Positions 43,836 to 53,632 of a DNA stretch of 64,000 nucleotides are shown piece by piece. The notes under the pieces are model-generated. The model worked only from the letters and a program-made list of their open reading frames with translations, ran no database searches and was not told the DNA's origin. A program made the position numbers and the translations under genes. The stretch lies in assembly GCA_000165345.1 (NCBI GenBank), contig CM000436.1, forward strand, positions 736,001 through 800,000. Reading direction: 5' to 3'. Every line of letters begins with the position of its first letter. Positions within the stretch are counted from its first letter, which is position 1.

Positions 43836-45125
43836 ATGAATAACAAAGAAACAAGCACAATTCCGTCACCAAATATTATTGCTAGCAAAATATCCAGCGA
43901 ATTAAGTGAAATTTACTCACCAAAAATGTCAACATTGGTAAGGAACAACATTCCATGTAGGTTAACAAGTAACCGAGTTATGGCCCCTTCTAAATCAACA
44001 TATAGAGTTATACTTCCAGTCCGTGATATTGGGGATCTATCAGTTATCACGTATGAACATGAAGTTTATGTGGGCAATGGTGGATCTCTTAGATTCTTTT
44101 TATTAGGAAAACAAGTCAGGCACCGTTTTATTAATGTCCATTTAGATGAAGAAAGTCCAATACCTTCTTATATCGATCCCAATAAAGTTCCATTAGGAGA
44201 TCTTCCGGTTGTAAAGCTGGGGGATCTAGTTATTTTTGATGAAATTCCTTGCTTAAGATATTTAGCAAAGAAGCTTGGAGAATATGGGAGAAATTACTAT
44301 ATTGATTTCGTAATTGATGACGTGATTTTTCGTTGTTCAAAGTGGAGAGATATTTTAATGGAATTAATTTCAAAAAGTCGTAAAGAATTCTTAATCAACG
44401 ATATAAATGCGAATAAAGAATTAGAAAGATCGACTTCTAACTATAAATTGTTGAGAGAACAACTTTATTGCGAATTTGAAACTTTAATTTTATCGATTGG
44501 TGATAAGGGGCCTTTTATCGCAGAAAAAAACAAGCCAATGATTTGCGATTTTATTTTATTTTCAATTTTATTCGATGATATTTCTCTGATCGAATTTAAT
44601 GAAGGAGAGAAGTTTAATAGGACGTCTTTGTTACCAGAAGAATCATTAATTCATAAGTTCCCAAGATTAAAAATGCTTTTTGAATCTGTTGCTGTGCTTC
44701 CATTAATAGATCAGTGGGTAAAAGGTAAATACTTTTCTATACAGATAGAGGGTGAAAGCGGTGAACTAGTAACTCCTCCTGCTTCTCTATCTACTCAAGA
44801 TCACGTTAAAAATTCTGTTTTAGGATCGAATTCATTTAATGCGTATCAGCACTCATTTGGATATCAACCTCCAGTACTTCAACAATTACCAAATCAGATT
44901 TTTACTCATGTAAACGCAGGAGTGCGATTTTTCCCACAAAAAATGTCATTGCCGATAAATCCATCAATTTTTCCTACGAATAATAGCTTTATTTCCCAGC
45001 CTATTACAAACAATTATCACCACTTTTTTAATAGCCAGGTTCAAGGCCATAGATATTTAGGAGGGGTTTCATCCCCTTTTATCCAGAGAGTGAGCCCTTC
45101 TCAAAGTTTTAAACTTGAGTTTTGA
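43836..45125 (+). CDS. Hypothetical protein of 429 aa with a possible GST-N/metaxin-like thioredoxin-fold segment.
   Basis: ATG at 43836. The segment LPVVKLGDLVIFDEIPCLRYLAKKLG resembles the GST N-terminal motif. The C-terminal region is Gln/Pro/Asn-rich. Confidence 0.4.
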   Translation: MNNKETSTIPSPNIIASKISSELSEIYSPKMSTLVRNNIPCRLTSNRVMAPSKSTYRVILPVRDIGDLSVITYEHEVYVGNGGSLRFFLLGKQVRHRFINVHLDEESPIPSYIDPNKVPLGDLPVVKLGDLVIFDEIPCLRYLAKKLGEYGRNYYIDFVIDDVIFRCSKWRDILMELISKSRKEFLINDINANKELERSTSNYKLLREQLYCEFETLILSIGDKGPFIAEKNKPMICDFILFSILFDDISLIEFNEGEKFNRTSLLPEESLIHKFPRLKMLFESVAVLPLIDQWVKGKYFSIQIEGESGELVTPPASLSTQDHVKNSVLGSNSFNAYQHSFGYQPPVLQQLPNQIFTHVNAGVRFFPQKMSLPINPSIFPTNNSFISQPITNNYHHFFNSQVQGHRYLGGVSSPFIQRVSPSQSFKLEF

Positions 45126-45287
45126 TAAAGATCGCATTTAATAAATTTTCCTATAAAAATATCTTTTCTATTTGCTGTGAAAAATTAATATTCTATTCGA
45201 ATAATGCATTTAAAGCAATTTTTGAATGATCTAAGGTTTGGATATTTCTAGATTGAGTTAAAGTTTACTAAACCTATTCAATTAAAC

Positions 45288-46285
45288 TTACTTATATGAT
45301 AAATGTAATTCAGTAAAACGATCGAATACTTTACAGATTCGCTCAGGAGTTATTTGCATATTTTTTAAACCAAAAAGTTTGATAATAAATGCCAACATCA
45401 CAATTGATTTCCTGATATTTGAGTTCACAATTTCTGGTTTTACAGATGAAGACGAGTAGTTAAGAGTATCAGTATGCGAATGCTCAAATGGAAGAGATAT
45501 CCAAACATAGCCATTTAGTCCTAGAATAAGTTGTATTCCATATTTAAGCTTGACAATGTGTTGAGCTTGCCTTTGTATTAGCTTATTAGGTACTTTTACG
45601 ACCATTCCATTTGCTAACTTTCCATACTTTGCACTTCTAGTGTGAAGATGGCAAATACCTTCACTTTGGACTCGCTGCACCTCTGTACAAATCACATCAC
45701 CCTCATCTAAGATAGACTTCATATACAATGAGTCTTCTTCTGTTCTTCTCCTTTGGATAGACCCTGGAAGACTAATTGCTGCCAGAGATAATTGTGCAAA
45801 TTGAGTTGAACATATATCTATTAACCACTTCTTATTTGATACCTATATGAATTAAATATACTCAAAAGAATAATTTTAACTTACTTCTGCAACCCTTCCA
45901 ACTACAATATCTCCGACTTCAGCATTGTATCTACCACCCAAAGGTTTAGTGTATATTAATTTGTTTAGACTTTCAAGATATCCACATGCTGTAGAAATTA
46001 ATCTGGAGCACTTGTCTTCGAGTGTTCCATGCCCTCTGATATCATATTATTATATTTATAGGATTTTAGATTAACTTACCTTATGTAATTCGGTTCAGTT
46101 TGAATTTTGTCTCCAGGAATGACCGTTTTTTCACGTACTAGTTCATCCTTATCGTTGTATATATATAAATTATGATCTATAAAATTTAAGGCCGAGAAAA
46201 TTGATTTTTGTATTTGACGTCTAAATAATCCTGTTACAACTGAATCTGTAAACCTACCTTCCCATTCTATAATATTTATCTTCAT
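45288..46285 (-). CDS. RRP4: Exosome complex component Rrp4 (S1 + KH RNA-binding). It is a spliced gene with three exons at approximately 46285..46080, 46035..45885 and 45842..45288. The two introns (about 44 and 42 nt) begin with GTAAGT.
   Basis: Exon 1 is track ORF 46076-46285 (MKINIIEWEGRF...). The donor aag|GTAAGT lies at about 46079. Exon 2 encodes RGHGTLEDKCSRLISTACGYLESLNKLIYTKPLGGRYNAEVGDIVVGRVAE. The second GTAAGT lies at about 45884. Exon 3 continues VSNKKWLIDICSTQFAQLSLAAISLPGSIQRRRTEEDSLYMKSILDEGDVICTEVQ...SLHTRSAKYGKLANGMVVKV, matching the Rrp4 S1 domain (RRRSAEDELAMRGFLQEGDLISAEVQAV...SLHTRSLKYGKLGQG). The track ORF 45288-45728 begins at an internal TTG. Exon boundaries are uncertain by about 2 nt. 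Confidence 0.65.
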
Positions 46286-46383
46286 TTTTCAATAAAAAGA
46301 TAAAATCTTAATGTTTGGCGCTGCAAACAAATTTTTAACATGTATTGGAGCTACCTTTATTCAATACTTTGAAATAGAAGACT
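46286..46383. promoter_or_regulatory. A bidirectional promoter region of about 98 bp between the divergently transcribed Rrp4 gene and the small membrane-protein gene.
   Basis: The two start codons are 98 nt apart on opposite strands (46285 on the - strand, 46384 on the + strand). The interval is AT-rich. Confidence 0.5.
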
Positions 46384-47085
46384 ATGGAAAACGACTCAAA
46401 TAATGCGAGCATTTCAAATTCATTTTATTTCCTTTTGAATAATTTAGCAGGAATCTCGTAAGTTTTAGCTCTGAAATATTTAACTTTAACAAATCTTTTT
46501 AGCTTTGTATCATATTTTTTTTGGTCAGGCATTTCGTTACTAATTGGAGCAATCGTACTTAATTCATCTTTCTCGAATTATTCGCCTAAAATAAACAATC
46601 AGGCAGTTTGTTCAGCCTCATCTAATGTAATTGGTATTGTCTCATTATGGGTAGTTGAAGGGCTTTCATTCATTTCAATGTGTATTGCATATTCAGTTGT
46701 TGAATCGTAAGTTAAATAAGAATGAATATTGATACTAAATAATTACATATACAGTACATGCCAGACATTTGATAACTTAACGTTTTCAATTCAGGCAATG
46801 GGCGTGATTGTTAAATATCTTCCCACATGGATCAGGTTAATTCATGTATTTACATTTTGCCAAATTAACACTCTTTTTGCGCAAATAAGCCTTTTACCTG
46901 AATGCAACTCATCAGGCCTGCAAACTACACTTATTATAACTAGTGTTACTTGGTGGTTCGTAGCGATTTTTGGACTAATTTGCAAGAAGAGAATTGCAAT
47001 ACCTCCTCATATTTTCGATCCCTTAAGACCAAAAACAAGTTTCATGACAGAAATACACTTAGTTCTAAAAACAATGGGCCCTTAA
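46384..47085 (+). CDS. Small multi-pass membrane protein of about 202 aa encoded by three exons: 46384..46457, 46503..46706 and 46755..47085. Not in the ORF track except for its last exon.
   Basis: ATG at 46384 (MENDSNNASISNSFYFLLNNLAGI-). The first donor is tc|GTAAGT at 46458 and the first acceptor is tttttag at 46502. Exon 2 (204 nt) reads SFVSYFFWSGISLLIGAIVLNSS...LWVVEGLSFISMCIAYSVVE. The second donor is tc|GTAAGT at 46707 and the second acceptor is tatacag at 46754. Exon 3 joins in frame to track ORF 46729-47085 (TCQTFDNL...). Both exon junctions are phase 2 and both introns are about 45-48 nt. Four or more hydrophobic helices are predicted. Confidence 0.5.
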
Positions 47086-47138
47086 TTTAAAACAACGCAA
47101 ATAGTATTAAATAGTTAAAATAATTATAAAAAATGTAA

Positions 47139-49184
47139 CTAATATGATAATTTGTTTTTATTTGAGCTTACCCACAAGTTTGCAGGCTGTTTTGAGTTCA
47201 AATGTACTTGCTCCCACTCAAGTCTTATTGTACACCAAAGCGTTCTTCTAAAAACTTCTATTGTTGCCACAAACAAATTAATTAGTGCGGCATTGATTTG
47301 TATGTCATCGATAATTGTTATAGGGATTAGAGTAATCGCCCAGGTTAAACGACCAATCAAGTTATAAAATGCAACCAAGAAGTAGTACCAACTAGGATAA
47401 ATAGATTTAGAGCGAAGAAACGAAGACCTTTCTTTCATTAGTCCCCAGTCCATATAAATATCCCAAATAAACATATAAATTGTACCTGTGATATAGCAGA
47501 CAAACCATAAAAGTCTAGCTATGAAGGGAGACATCGATGTTACAGTTGTCCAGGGGACGGTAGCGACTATTGCAATTGCCAAACCAGTTGTGTACTTACC
47601 CATATTAAAGAGATGGTTTCTTCTACTAGGTGACTCATCAGTCAAGTATCTCATACCACATTGAAAAAATCTTATCTCATAAGGGAGAGCCAATGCAATA
47701 GTCTGCATCCATCTATAATTAGATAAGAAGTTAAATAGAGAAGTTGGGAGTACATCACCCTTATTCTTAATTACAAATACAAAAAATGTAATGGTGTATT
47801 CTACGTCGCCAAATGGTTTCGAAAGTGTTGTAAAAATATCACCAACAATATTAGCTCTAAGAGTAACATTTACAACTTTTGGTATAATCCCATGACTAAA
47901 GACTTCCAGTATCGAGTAAAATATGGCTTTTCTGTACTCGTAAGTGAATGTTTTACTTGGAATGAATAAAAGGGAAAACTCAATAGCCATTAATAAGGCA
48001 GGATAAACCCATAGCGGATAATATTCTATATTGAAATAGCTGAACAGAGAAATTCCCAAACGATAATCTGTAATAAATAAAGTGAAAATAATAATCCAAA
48101 CTATAGTTTGTAATGCGGCAAAAGAGAATATCGTAGTCGCAGCAACTCTGCTGTTAGGATCCATTCCAATCATATATTTATAATTCACGCCATAATACTC
48201 CATGATGCAAATGGAAATACCAGAACCCCATAATACGAAAATACCCATCAATACAAGTCTGAACAACGGAAATATCGCCAGTGTTCCTTGTATGCTGTAC
48301 TCGCTATTCACCACCGGAAGACGGCATATAACAAATAGATTAACAAGCAGGACAACACAAATGCCCATTAAAAATGACATTTTAAAATCTGGATTAAATA
48401 ATGATTTACCGATCGTTTTTCCTGACTTCAACCCATATTCCATCAGTGCTTCAAGCTCAAAAACTGAAGATTTATATAAGGTATCGAATCCCTGAGTTTT
48501 AATCTTATTAAAAACAATATTTGTACTTGATTGATCTTTCTGAGAGTTATACTTAGTTGAATCATAATTAGGTGAATTTTCTAAGAGATCCTTTGATCTA
48601 GAAAATAATTCAATTAATTTCTCTCGCGAAACTGAACCATCTTCAAGCTTATCAAAGCAAGAGGTGAATGATTCACTGCTTGGTAAATTTTCTAAATAAA
48701 AATCAAATAATTCATCGCGTCTCATCAAAAGTTTCAAAACAGCTAGTTTATTTACTAGAGCATATTCCTGTAAATCATCAAATGTTTTCCAAATATCCAA
48801 AATCAGGTTTGGCAAATGCAGTTTAGAGCCTATTTGCGCTGATTTATCATCAAGTAAAGTAGAAATACATTCTAGATGATCACTATTATCTTTTAATATC
48901 TTATTATAACTCAATATGACAACATCTATATTATGTCTTAATGATAGATGAAACTGCTCTAACTTCGAAACAAAGTGATCAGATACATCTTTATTAAGTG
49001 GCCTATAAGAAACATCGATGTGATTTGCTTGTTCTTTTAACGCAGCTAAATTAGATTCTTTCCCAATTGAATTCAACAAATTCGAGTGGCATTGGTTTAA
49101 AGTTTGTATAAGGCTGCGATAATTAATAAATCTTCCGCCCCATTTTGTTGATTCAAGTGACTCAATCTTGTCTGCAAACTTCAT
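47139..49184 (-). CDS. SPX-EXS domain membrane protein (XPR1/SYG1/PHO1-like putative phosphate exporter or signalling protein).
   Basis: True ATG. The N-terminal SPX-like segment is MKFADKIESLESTKWGGRFINYRSL. A multi-TM core follows. The C-terminal EXS motif is WDIYMDWGLM. Confidence 0.65.
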   Translation of the reverse strand: MKFADKIESLESTKWGGRFINYRSLIQTLNQCHSNLLNSIGKESNLAALKEQANHIDVSYRPLNKDVSDHFVSKLEQFHLSLRHNIDVVILSYNKILKDNSDHLECISTLLDDKSAQIGSKLHLPNLILDIWKTFDDLQEYALVNKLAVLKLLMRRDELFDFYLENLPSSESFTSCFDKLEDGSVSREKLIELFSRSKDLLENSPNYDSTKYNSQKDQSSTNIVFNKIKTQGFDTLYKSSVFELEALMEYGLKSGKTIGKSLFNPDFKMSFLMGICVVLLVNLFVICRLPVVNSEYSIQGTLAIFPLFRLVLMGIFVLWGSGISICIMEYYGVNYKYMIGMDPNSRVAATTIFSFAALQTIVWIIIFTLFITDYRLGISLFSYFNIEYYPLWVYPALLMAIEFSLLFIPSKTFTYEYRKAIFYSILEVFSHGIIPKVVNVTLRANIVGDIFTTLSKPFGDVEYTITFFVFVIKNKGDVLPTSLFNFLSNYRWMQTIALALPYEIRFFQCGMRYLTDESPSRRNHLFNMGKYTTGLAIAIVATVPWTTVTSMSPFIARLLWFVCYITGTIYMFIWDIYMDWGLMKERSSFLRSKSIYPSWYYFLVAFYNLIGRLTWAITLIPITIIDDIQINAALINLFVATIEVFRRTLWCTIRLEWEQVHLNSKQPANLWVSSNKNKLSY

Positions 49185-49571
49185 ATTTCATTTGGAAGAC
49201 AACTTGCTTATTAATTGAAAAATTATAGCGGTACCTACATTAAGTGTAAAAACCTACCATATAAAGTAGATCCCGGAGATGTCTTGTCTAACCACCGACC
49301 GCCGCCCAATTAGTATTTATATTAATAGTTGCTTTGCATGTATATATTATAAACAATATTCTTTGATTACTCATTCTCATTAAATTATTGGGTACCGAAT
49401 AGATCTACTTCTTATATTTGCGTGAAATTGGATATTTAAACCTATTTGTTCATTATTATGAAAATATTATCATAATTTAAGTAACTAGCTAGATTAGCTT
49501 AGGATAACATCTCAATATTTAAAATTAATCTATATTGTTATGGATCTGAAGATTGACTCACTAACCGTCCG

Positions 49572-49645
49572 GCACCCATAGCTCAGCTGGTTAGAGCATA
49601 CGGCTAATAACCGTAAGGTCCGCGGTTCGATCCCGCGTGGGTGCA
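49572..49645 (+). tRNA. tRNA-Ile(AAT): tRNA-Ile, anticodon AAU (reads AUU/AUC/AUA by wobble).
   Basis: Manual fold. The acceptor stem GCACCCA pairs with TGGGTGC. The D-arm is GCTC-AGCTGGTTA-GAGC. The anticodon stem TACGG pairs with CCGTA around the loop CTAATAA, giving anticodon AAT. The variable loop is AGGTC. The T-arm is CGCGG-TTCGATC-CCGCG. The discriminator is A. There is no intron and the CCA is not encoded. Confidence 0.9.
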
Positions 49646-49646
49646 C

Positions 49647-49653
49647 TTTTTTT
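49647..49653 (+). terminator. RNA polymerase III oligo-T terminator (T7) immediately 3' of tRNA-Ile.
   Basis: The sequence gtgcaCTTTTTTTgg is read directly, 1-2 nt after the tRNA 3' end. Confidence 0.75.
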
Positions 49654-49767
49654 GGCCCCGGCCCACATTTAGGTAATTTAAAGGAAGCAGATCAGTTTAG
49701 TGAGAGGGGAAACGGAAGTTTTTAAATTATTTAAAATTGTTGAGCTACTAATTTAAAATGTGGCTAA

Positions 49768-52700
49768 ATGCTTACTGAAGAATTAGATTGTAATATCTTA
49801 TTGCAGCGGAATAACCTTTGTGAGAAAGGTTGGAGAGTCGGTCAAATCAAGAGAGTAATAATAAATGACATAGGAGGGCACGAATTTATTGATATTAGTC
49901 TACTTCCTGGGGTTAATTTAATAACAGGCGGAAATGGAAGTGGCAAAAGCAGCTTAGTTTCTGCAATTGCTCTGTTATGTGGCTGGAGCGGTAGAAAGGC
50001 TGGTAAGGACGCAAATTTGAATAAATATGTTAGAATAGGTGCAAATAAGGGTACTGTCTGCATACACTTTGCAAATAATGATAACAAATTCCAAAGAGGA
50101 TATTTTAATGATATTTATGGGGAAGAAATAATCATTGAACGCAATATTTATTTGAAGGGTAATTCGAATTATACTTTTAGAGGCTCTAAATCTAGTTCTC
50201 CAATTCACAGATCTTTCAATGCAAAACACCACTTGTCTCAATTTCGTGCCTATGCAAACATAATCATTAATAACCCTGTAACGTTTTTAACACAAATGGA
50301 TGCAAAATATCTTATTCGTGAGCAAAACTCACCAAAATCTTTATACGATTTTTTCCAAAGAGCGCATTTATTTGATTACTCATGGAAACATTTGGCTGAA
50401 GAACAACGTCGCATTGAAAAAGCAGAAATTATTTCCAAATCATTAAATAATGACTTGAAACAATTGGAAAGTGAACTGGAAGAATTTAATAGTATGAAAG
50501 AACTAATTCAGACATATAATAAATTGCAAATACATCGGAGAAATCTTGAAAGTATAAATATTGTGGCATCCATAAAAAATTTGAGCTTATCAATCAATTC
50601 TCTTCTTTTTCAGTCTGAAGAGCTTTATAAAGCCAAGTCAGCATTAGATATTGAGGAGTTAAATAAAAGAATAATCGAAAGTGAAAGAGAAATCTATGAT
50701 TCTCAATCTGAAATAAATAATTTTCATTCAGAACATGAGGTCAATATTAATAAGCATAAAAGGCTAACAATTGAACTGGAACAAATATGTGATAAATTTA
50801 ATTCATATACTAAACAAATTAAAGAAATAAAAGGCGAAATTTCAAGCTTAGAAAAAGAAGTTGAATTTAAACAAGAGAATTATGACTCGAATCAAGAAAA
50901 AAAAAAATTGCATTTTAAAGGAGAATTATTAGAGAAAATTAAAGCTTCAAAAGAAAAAATTAATATTCTGAAGTCTAAAAAAGAAAATTTAATTTTACTC
51001 TCACTAAATAAAAAAAATGAACTAACAACATTATTTGAACAAATTAAAGAAAATAAGGCCAAAATTAATTTATTTTCTGATGAGAAGCTATCATTTAATC
51101 TCAAGTTAGATGAAATCAAGAATATTTTGGAAACAGATAGGAAATCTCTTAAATATGATTCTGATTTAGAGCAATCAAATAAATCTAATTCTACAGAAAC
51201 AGGATATATTGCATATCATAACTCCAAGATTAACGACTCCAAAGGTAAAGAAAGTTTGGCAGTTATATATTCAAGATTGTATGATTACTTTACAGACGAG
51301 GATTTCGAAATTATATTTGGTTATTCAAAATTTGTACATAATAAAATTATTAAACAACTCGAAAAAATTGAAAAAGGGGTGAAAATAATTGGTCCAATTG
51401 CTCTCCATATTTTTCCCAAATCTGAATTCTATTATAATGAAAAAATATTAAGTATACTTGATGAAATTATAGGTGGAAGGTTCGAGAGGTATGATACTAT
51501 ATCTGGCTACAAAATTAGGAGAAATTATAAATATTGGCTAGTTGAAAATTCAGAAACAAGGAAAGAATTGATTTCATTGTTTAAAAATAACAATGTTTTC
51601 TTAGAACCTTCATTAATTTATATAAGGTCTTCATTCAATCAAAAATATGAACTATCTGCTGTTCGTAAAAAATTCCCAAAAGTAGGATTAGCCGTAATTG
51701 ATTTAATACACGTTGAAAATGATGAAGTTTTTAATTTTCTAATAGATAACTTCCAAATAGAAACAACTTTTATCTTCATGAATGACCACGAAATGGATTT
51801 GATATATGATTACAGTCTTAATATTAGAAGGGCACATTGTCTAGCTAATTATTCATTTAAATATCGAAGAGGTGGAATAGTAGTTGCCCCAGAAATTTGT
51901 ATCCCTAAGCAACATGCAACATCAAAAATCGTCATTAGGAAATTAAATGATATTTTTCAATTAAGAAATTATGGATCTGATTTATGTGCTGATCAAAAAG
52001 AAAAAAAAAAATTTAACTTTCCAGAAAAAATCGAAATAAAACGACTATTAGAATTGAATATAATAGAGAATGAGAATAAAAAGAAGGAAATTATTAAAAA
52101 AATTATAGAAATCGAGGAAAAAAATAATGATTTAAAACTTTCAATAACAAATCATGATAATAAAGCCTCCTATATTCGTAATGAAATATCTAGCTTTGAG
52201 ACTGAATTGGAAGATATTACTAAAGAAGAGCAAATAATTAACATGAAAATTGTAGAGTTAGAAACAGAGCTTCGGAAACTTGATAGGGATGAAAAACACA
52301 TTTTCAATGTAAATATTTCTGAGATTAATCATTTATCTACGAAGTTAAGTGAACTTAATCAACTTCTTACTGTAATTGAAGAAAAAATTAGTTATGAGGA
52401 AAAATTAATGAAAAATAAAGAAGCCGATATAGAAAAATTAAAAATTATCCTCGATAATGAAAAGGAGTTTATCAAGTTAAAAGAACAGAAACATAAAATT
52501 TTGAAAATTAATAAAAATTCTTTACTTAACGAAAAACCCCAAATCGAAGTAAAAATAAATCAGATAACTAACAAAATAAATCAGTTAAATACTGAAATTG
52601 ATTTTAAAAAAAATGAGTTGAAAGGCTTGAAAAATAAATATCGAACGATTAATACCAAATTTTGCGCTGCTAATGAATCTGAAATTGGAACTGACTTCCT

Positions 52701-53574
52701 GATTACCAATGATCTATTGTCTACACTCGAATACTTTAATTGTTGTTTAAATTTGTCAGGAGATATTGAACCCTTTCCAGATTGTTCAACTATAGAACTT
52801 TGGAAATCAAACATATCTAGACAAATGGATACTATTTTTTTAGAAATTATGGAAAAATCAAAAATTTTCGGGTTCAATGTTACCCAGAGAAATTGTTCAG
52901 AAGACTTAATTAACAAAATACTGGACACTATAAATATAAAGTATGAAAAATACAAGGAGAAAATAAATGAATTACAAGAAGAAAACAAGCTTTTAAATCA
53001 GAACAGAACGAATCTAAATAGAAGGATCCAACGGTTACAAAAAGATCATATTCGCTGCGGAAAAAATGTAAATTTACAATTCAAGCATTACTTTTCTATT
53101 TTTTGGTCAAAAACAATGCGCCCTCATCTCAAGTTCGACCATGACAAGTCGATCTTGAGTATCTATGTTATTCCTGATACTGCTACTGTGAAAAAACCTA
53201 AACAGACTGAAAGCCATTTATCTTCTGAAAGAAATTCTACATCCTGCAAAGATCAACTCAACAATTTTGTGAGTAGGGAAATTCAATCTCTAAGTGGTGG
53301 AGAGAGTAGTAGTATTGGTATATCGCTTCTATTAGCGTTATCCCAAAACAACTCTTCACCGTTCCACCTCTTTGATGAACCAGACGTATATATGGATGAC
53401 ATCCGGAGAATGACGATGATTCGGTCATTAATAGAATTCGAACGTTTGTGCTCAAAAGGAAAAATAACTTTTAATAGGCAAGTTTTATTTATTACACCCC
53501 ATAGTGAAATCGTGCCACATATTAAAGAAAATTATGCCGATATAATTCATGTTGTACAACTAATTAAAAGATAG
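49768..53574 (+). CDS. SMC6: SMC6-like structural maintenance of chromosomes protein (SMC5/6 DNA repair complex).
   Basis: ATG at 49768. The N-terminal Walker A region is LLPGVNLITGGNGSGKSSLVSAIALLCGWSGRKAGKDANLNKYVRIG...IIIERNI...NPVTFLTQ. There is a long K/E/N-rich coiled coil. The C-terminal signature and D-loop are LSGGESSSIGISLLLALS...LFDEPDVYMD, matching the SMC6 DEFDVYMD motif. Confidence 0.75.
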   Translation: MLTEELDCNILLQRNNLCEKGWRVGQIKRVIINDIGGHEFIDISLLPGVNLITGGNGSGKSSLVSAIALLCGWSGRKAGKDANLNKYVRIGANKGTVCIHFANNDNKFQRGYFNDIYGEEIIIERNIYLKGNSNYTFRGSKSSSPIHRSFNAKHHLSQFRAYANIIINNPVTFLTQMDAKYLIREQNSPKSLYDFFQRAHLFDYSWKHLAEEQRRIEKAEIISKSLNNDLKQLESELEEFNSMKELIQTYNKLQIHRRNLESINIVASIKNLSLSINSLLFQSEELYKAKSALDIEELNKRIIESEREIYDSQSEINNFHSEHEVNINKHKRLTIELEQICDKFNSYTKQIKEIKGEISSLEKEVEFKQENYDSNQEKKKLHFKGELLEKIKASKEKINILKSKKENLILLSLNKKNELTTLFEQIKENKAKINLFSDEKLSFNLKLDEIKNILETDRKSLKYDSDLEQSNKSNSTETGYIAYHNSKINDSKGKESLAVIYSRLYDYFTDEDFEIIFGYSKFVHNKIIKQLEKIEKGVKIIGPIALHIFPKSEFYYNEKILSILDEIIGGRFERYDTISGYKIRRNYKYWLVENSETRKELISLFKNNNVFLEPSLIYIRSSFNQKYELSAVRKKFPKVGLAVIDLIHVENDEVFNFLIDNFQIETTFIFMNDHEMDLIYDYSLNIRRAHCLANYSFKYRRGGIVVAPEICIPKQHATSKIVIRKLNDIFQLRNYGSDLCADQKEKKKFNFPEKIEIKRLLELNIIENENKKKEIIKKIIEIEEKNNDLKLSITNHDNKASYIRNEISSFETELEDITKEEQIINMKIVELETELRKLDRDEKHIFNVNISEINHLSTKLSELNQLLTVIEEKISYEEKLMKNKEADIEKLKIILDNEKEFIKLKEQKHKILKINKNSLLNEKPQIEVKINQITNKINQLNTEIDFKKNELKGLKNKYRTINTKFCAANESEIGTDFLITNDLLSTLEYFNCCLNLSGDIEPFPDCSTIELWKSNISRQMDTIFLEIMEKSKIFGFNVTQRNCSEDLINKILDTINIKYEKYKEKINELQEENKLLNQNRTNLNRRIQRLQKDHIRCGKNVNLQFKHYFSIFWSKTMRPHLKFDHDKSILSIYVIPDTATVKKPKQTESHLSSERNSTSCKDQLNNFVSREIQSLSGGESSSIGISLLLALSQNNSSPFHLFDEPDVYMDDIRRMTMIRSLIEFERLCSKGKITFNRQVLFITPHSEIVPHIKENYADIIHVVQLIKR

Positions 53575-53632
53575 ATAGTTCTATCCATCAATAAATAGCC
53601 TGGTATAACATCTCAACTGATTTTTATACCAA

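Noticed and set aside
45700-45850. Exact exon 2/exon 3 junction coordinates of the Rrp4 gene.
   Set aside because: My manual base-by-base reading and the supplied ORF-track frame disagree by 2 nt in this stretch. This is probably my transcription error near line breaks. The frame implied by the track and by Rrp4 homology is therefore reported, with boundaries marked approximate rather than claimed as exact.
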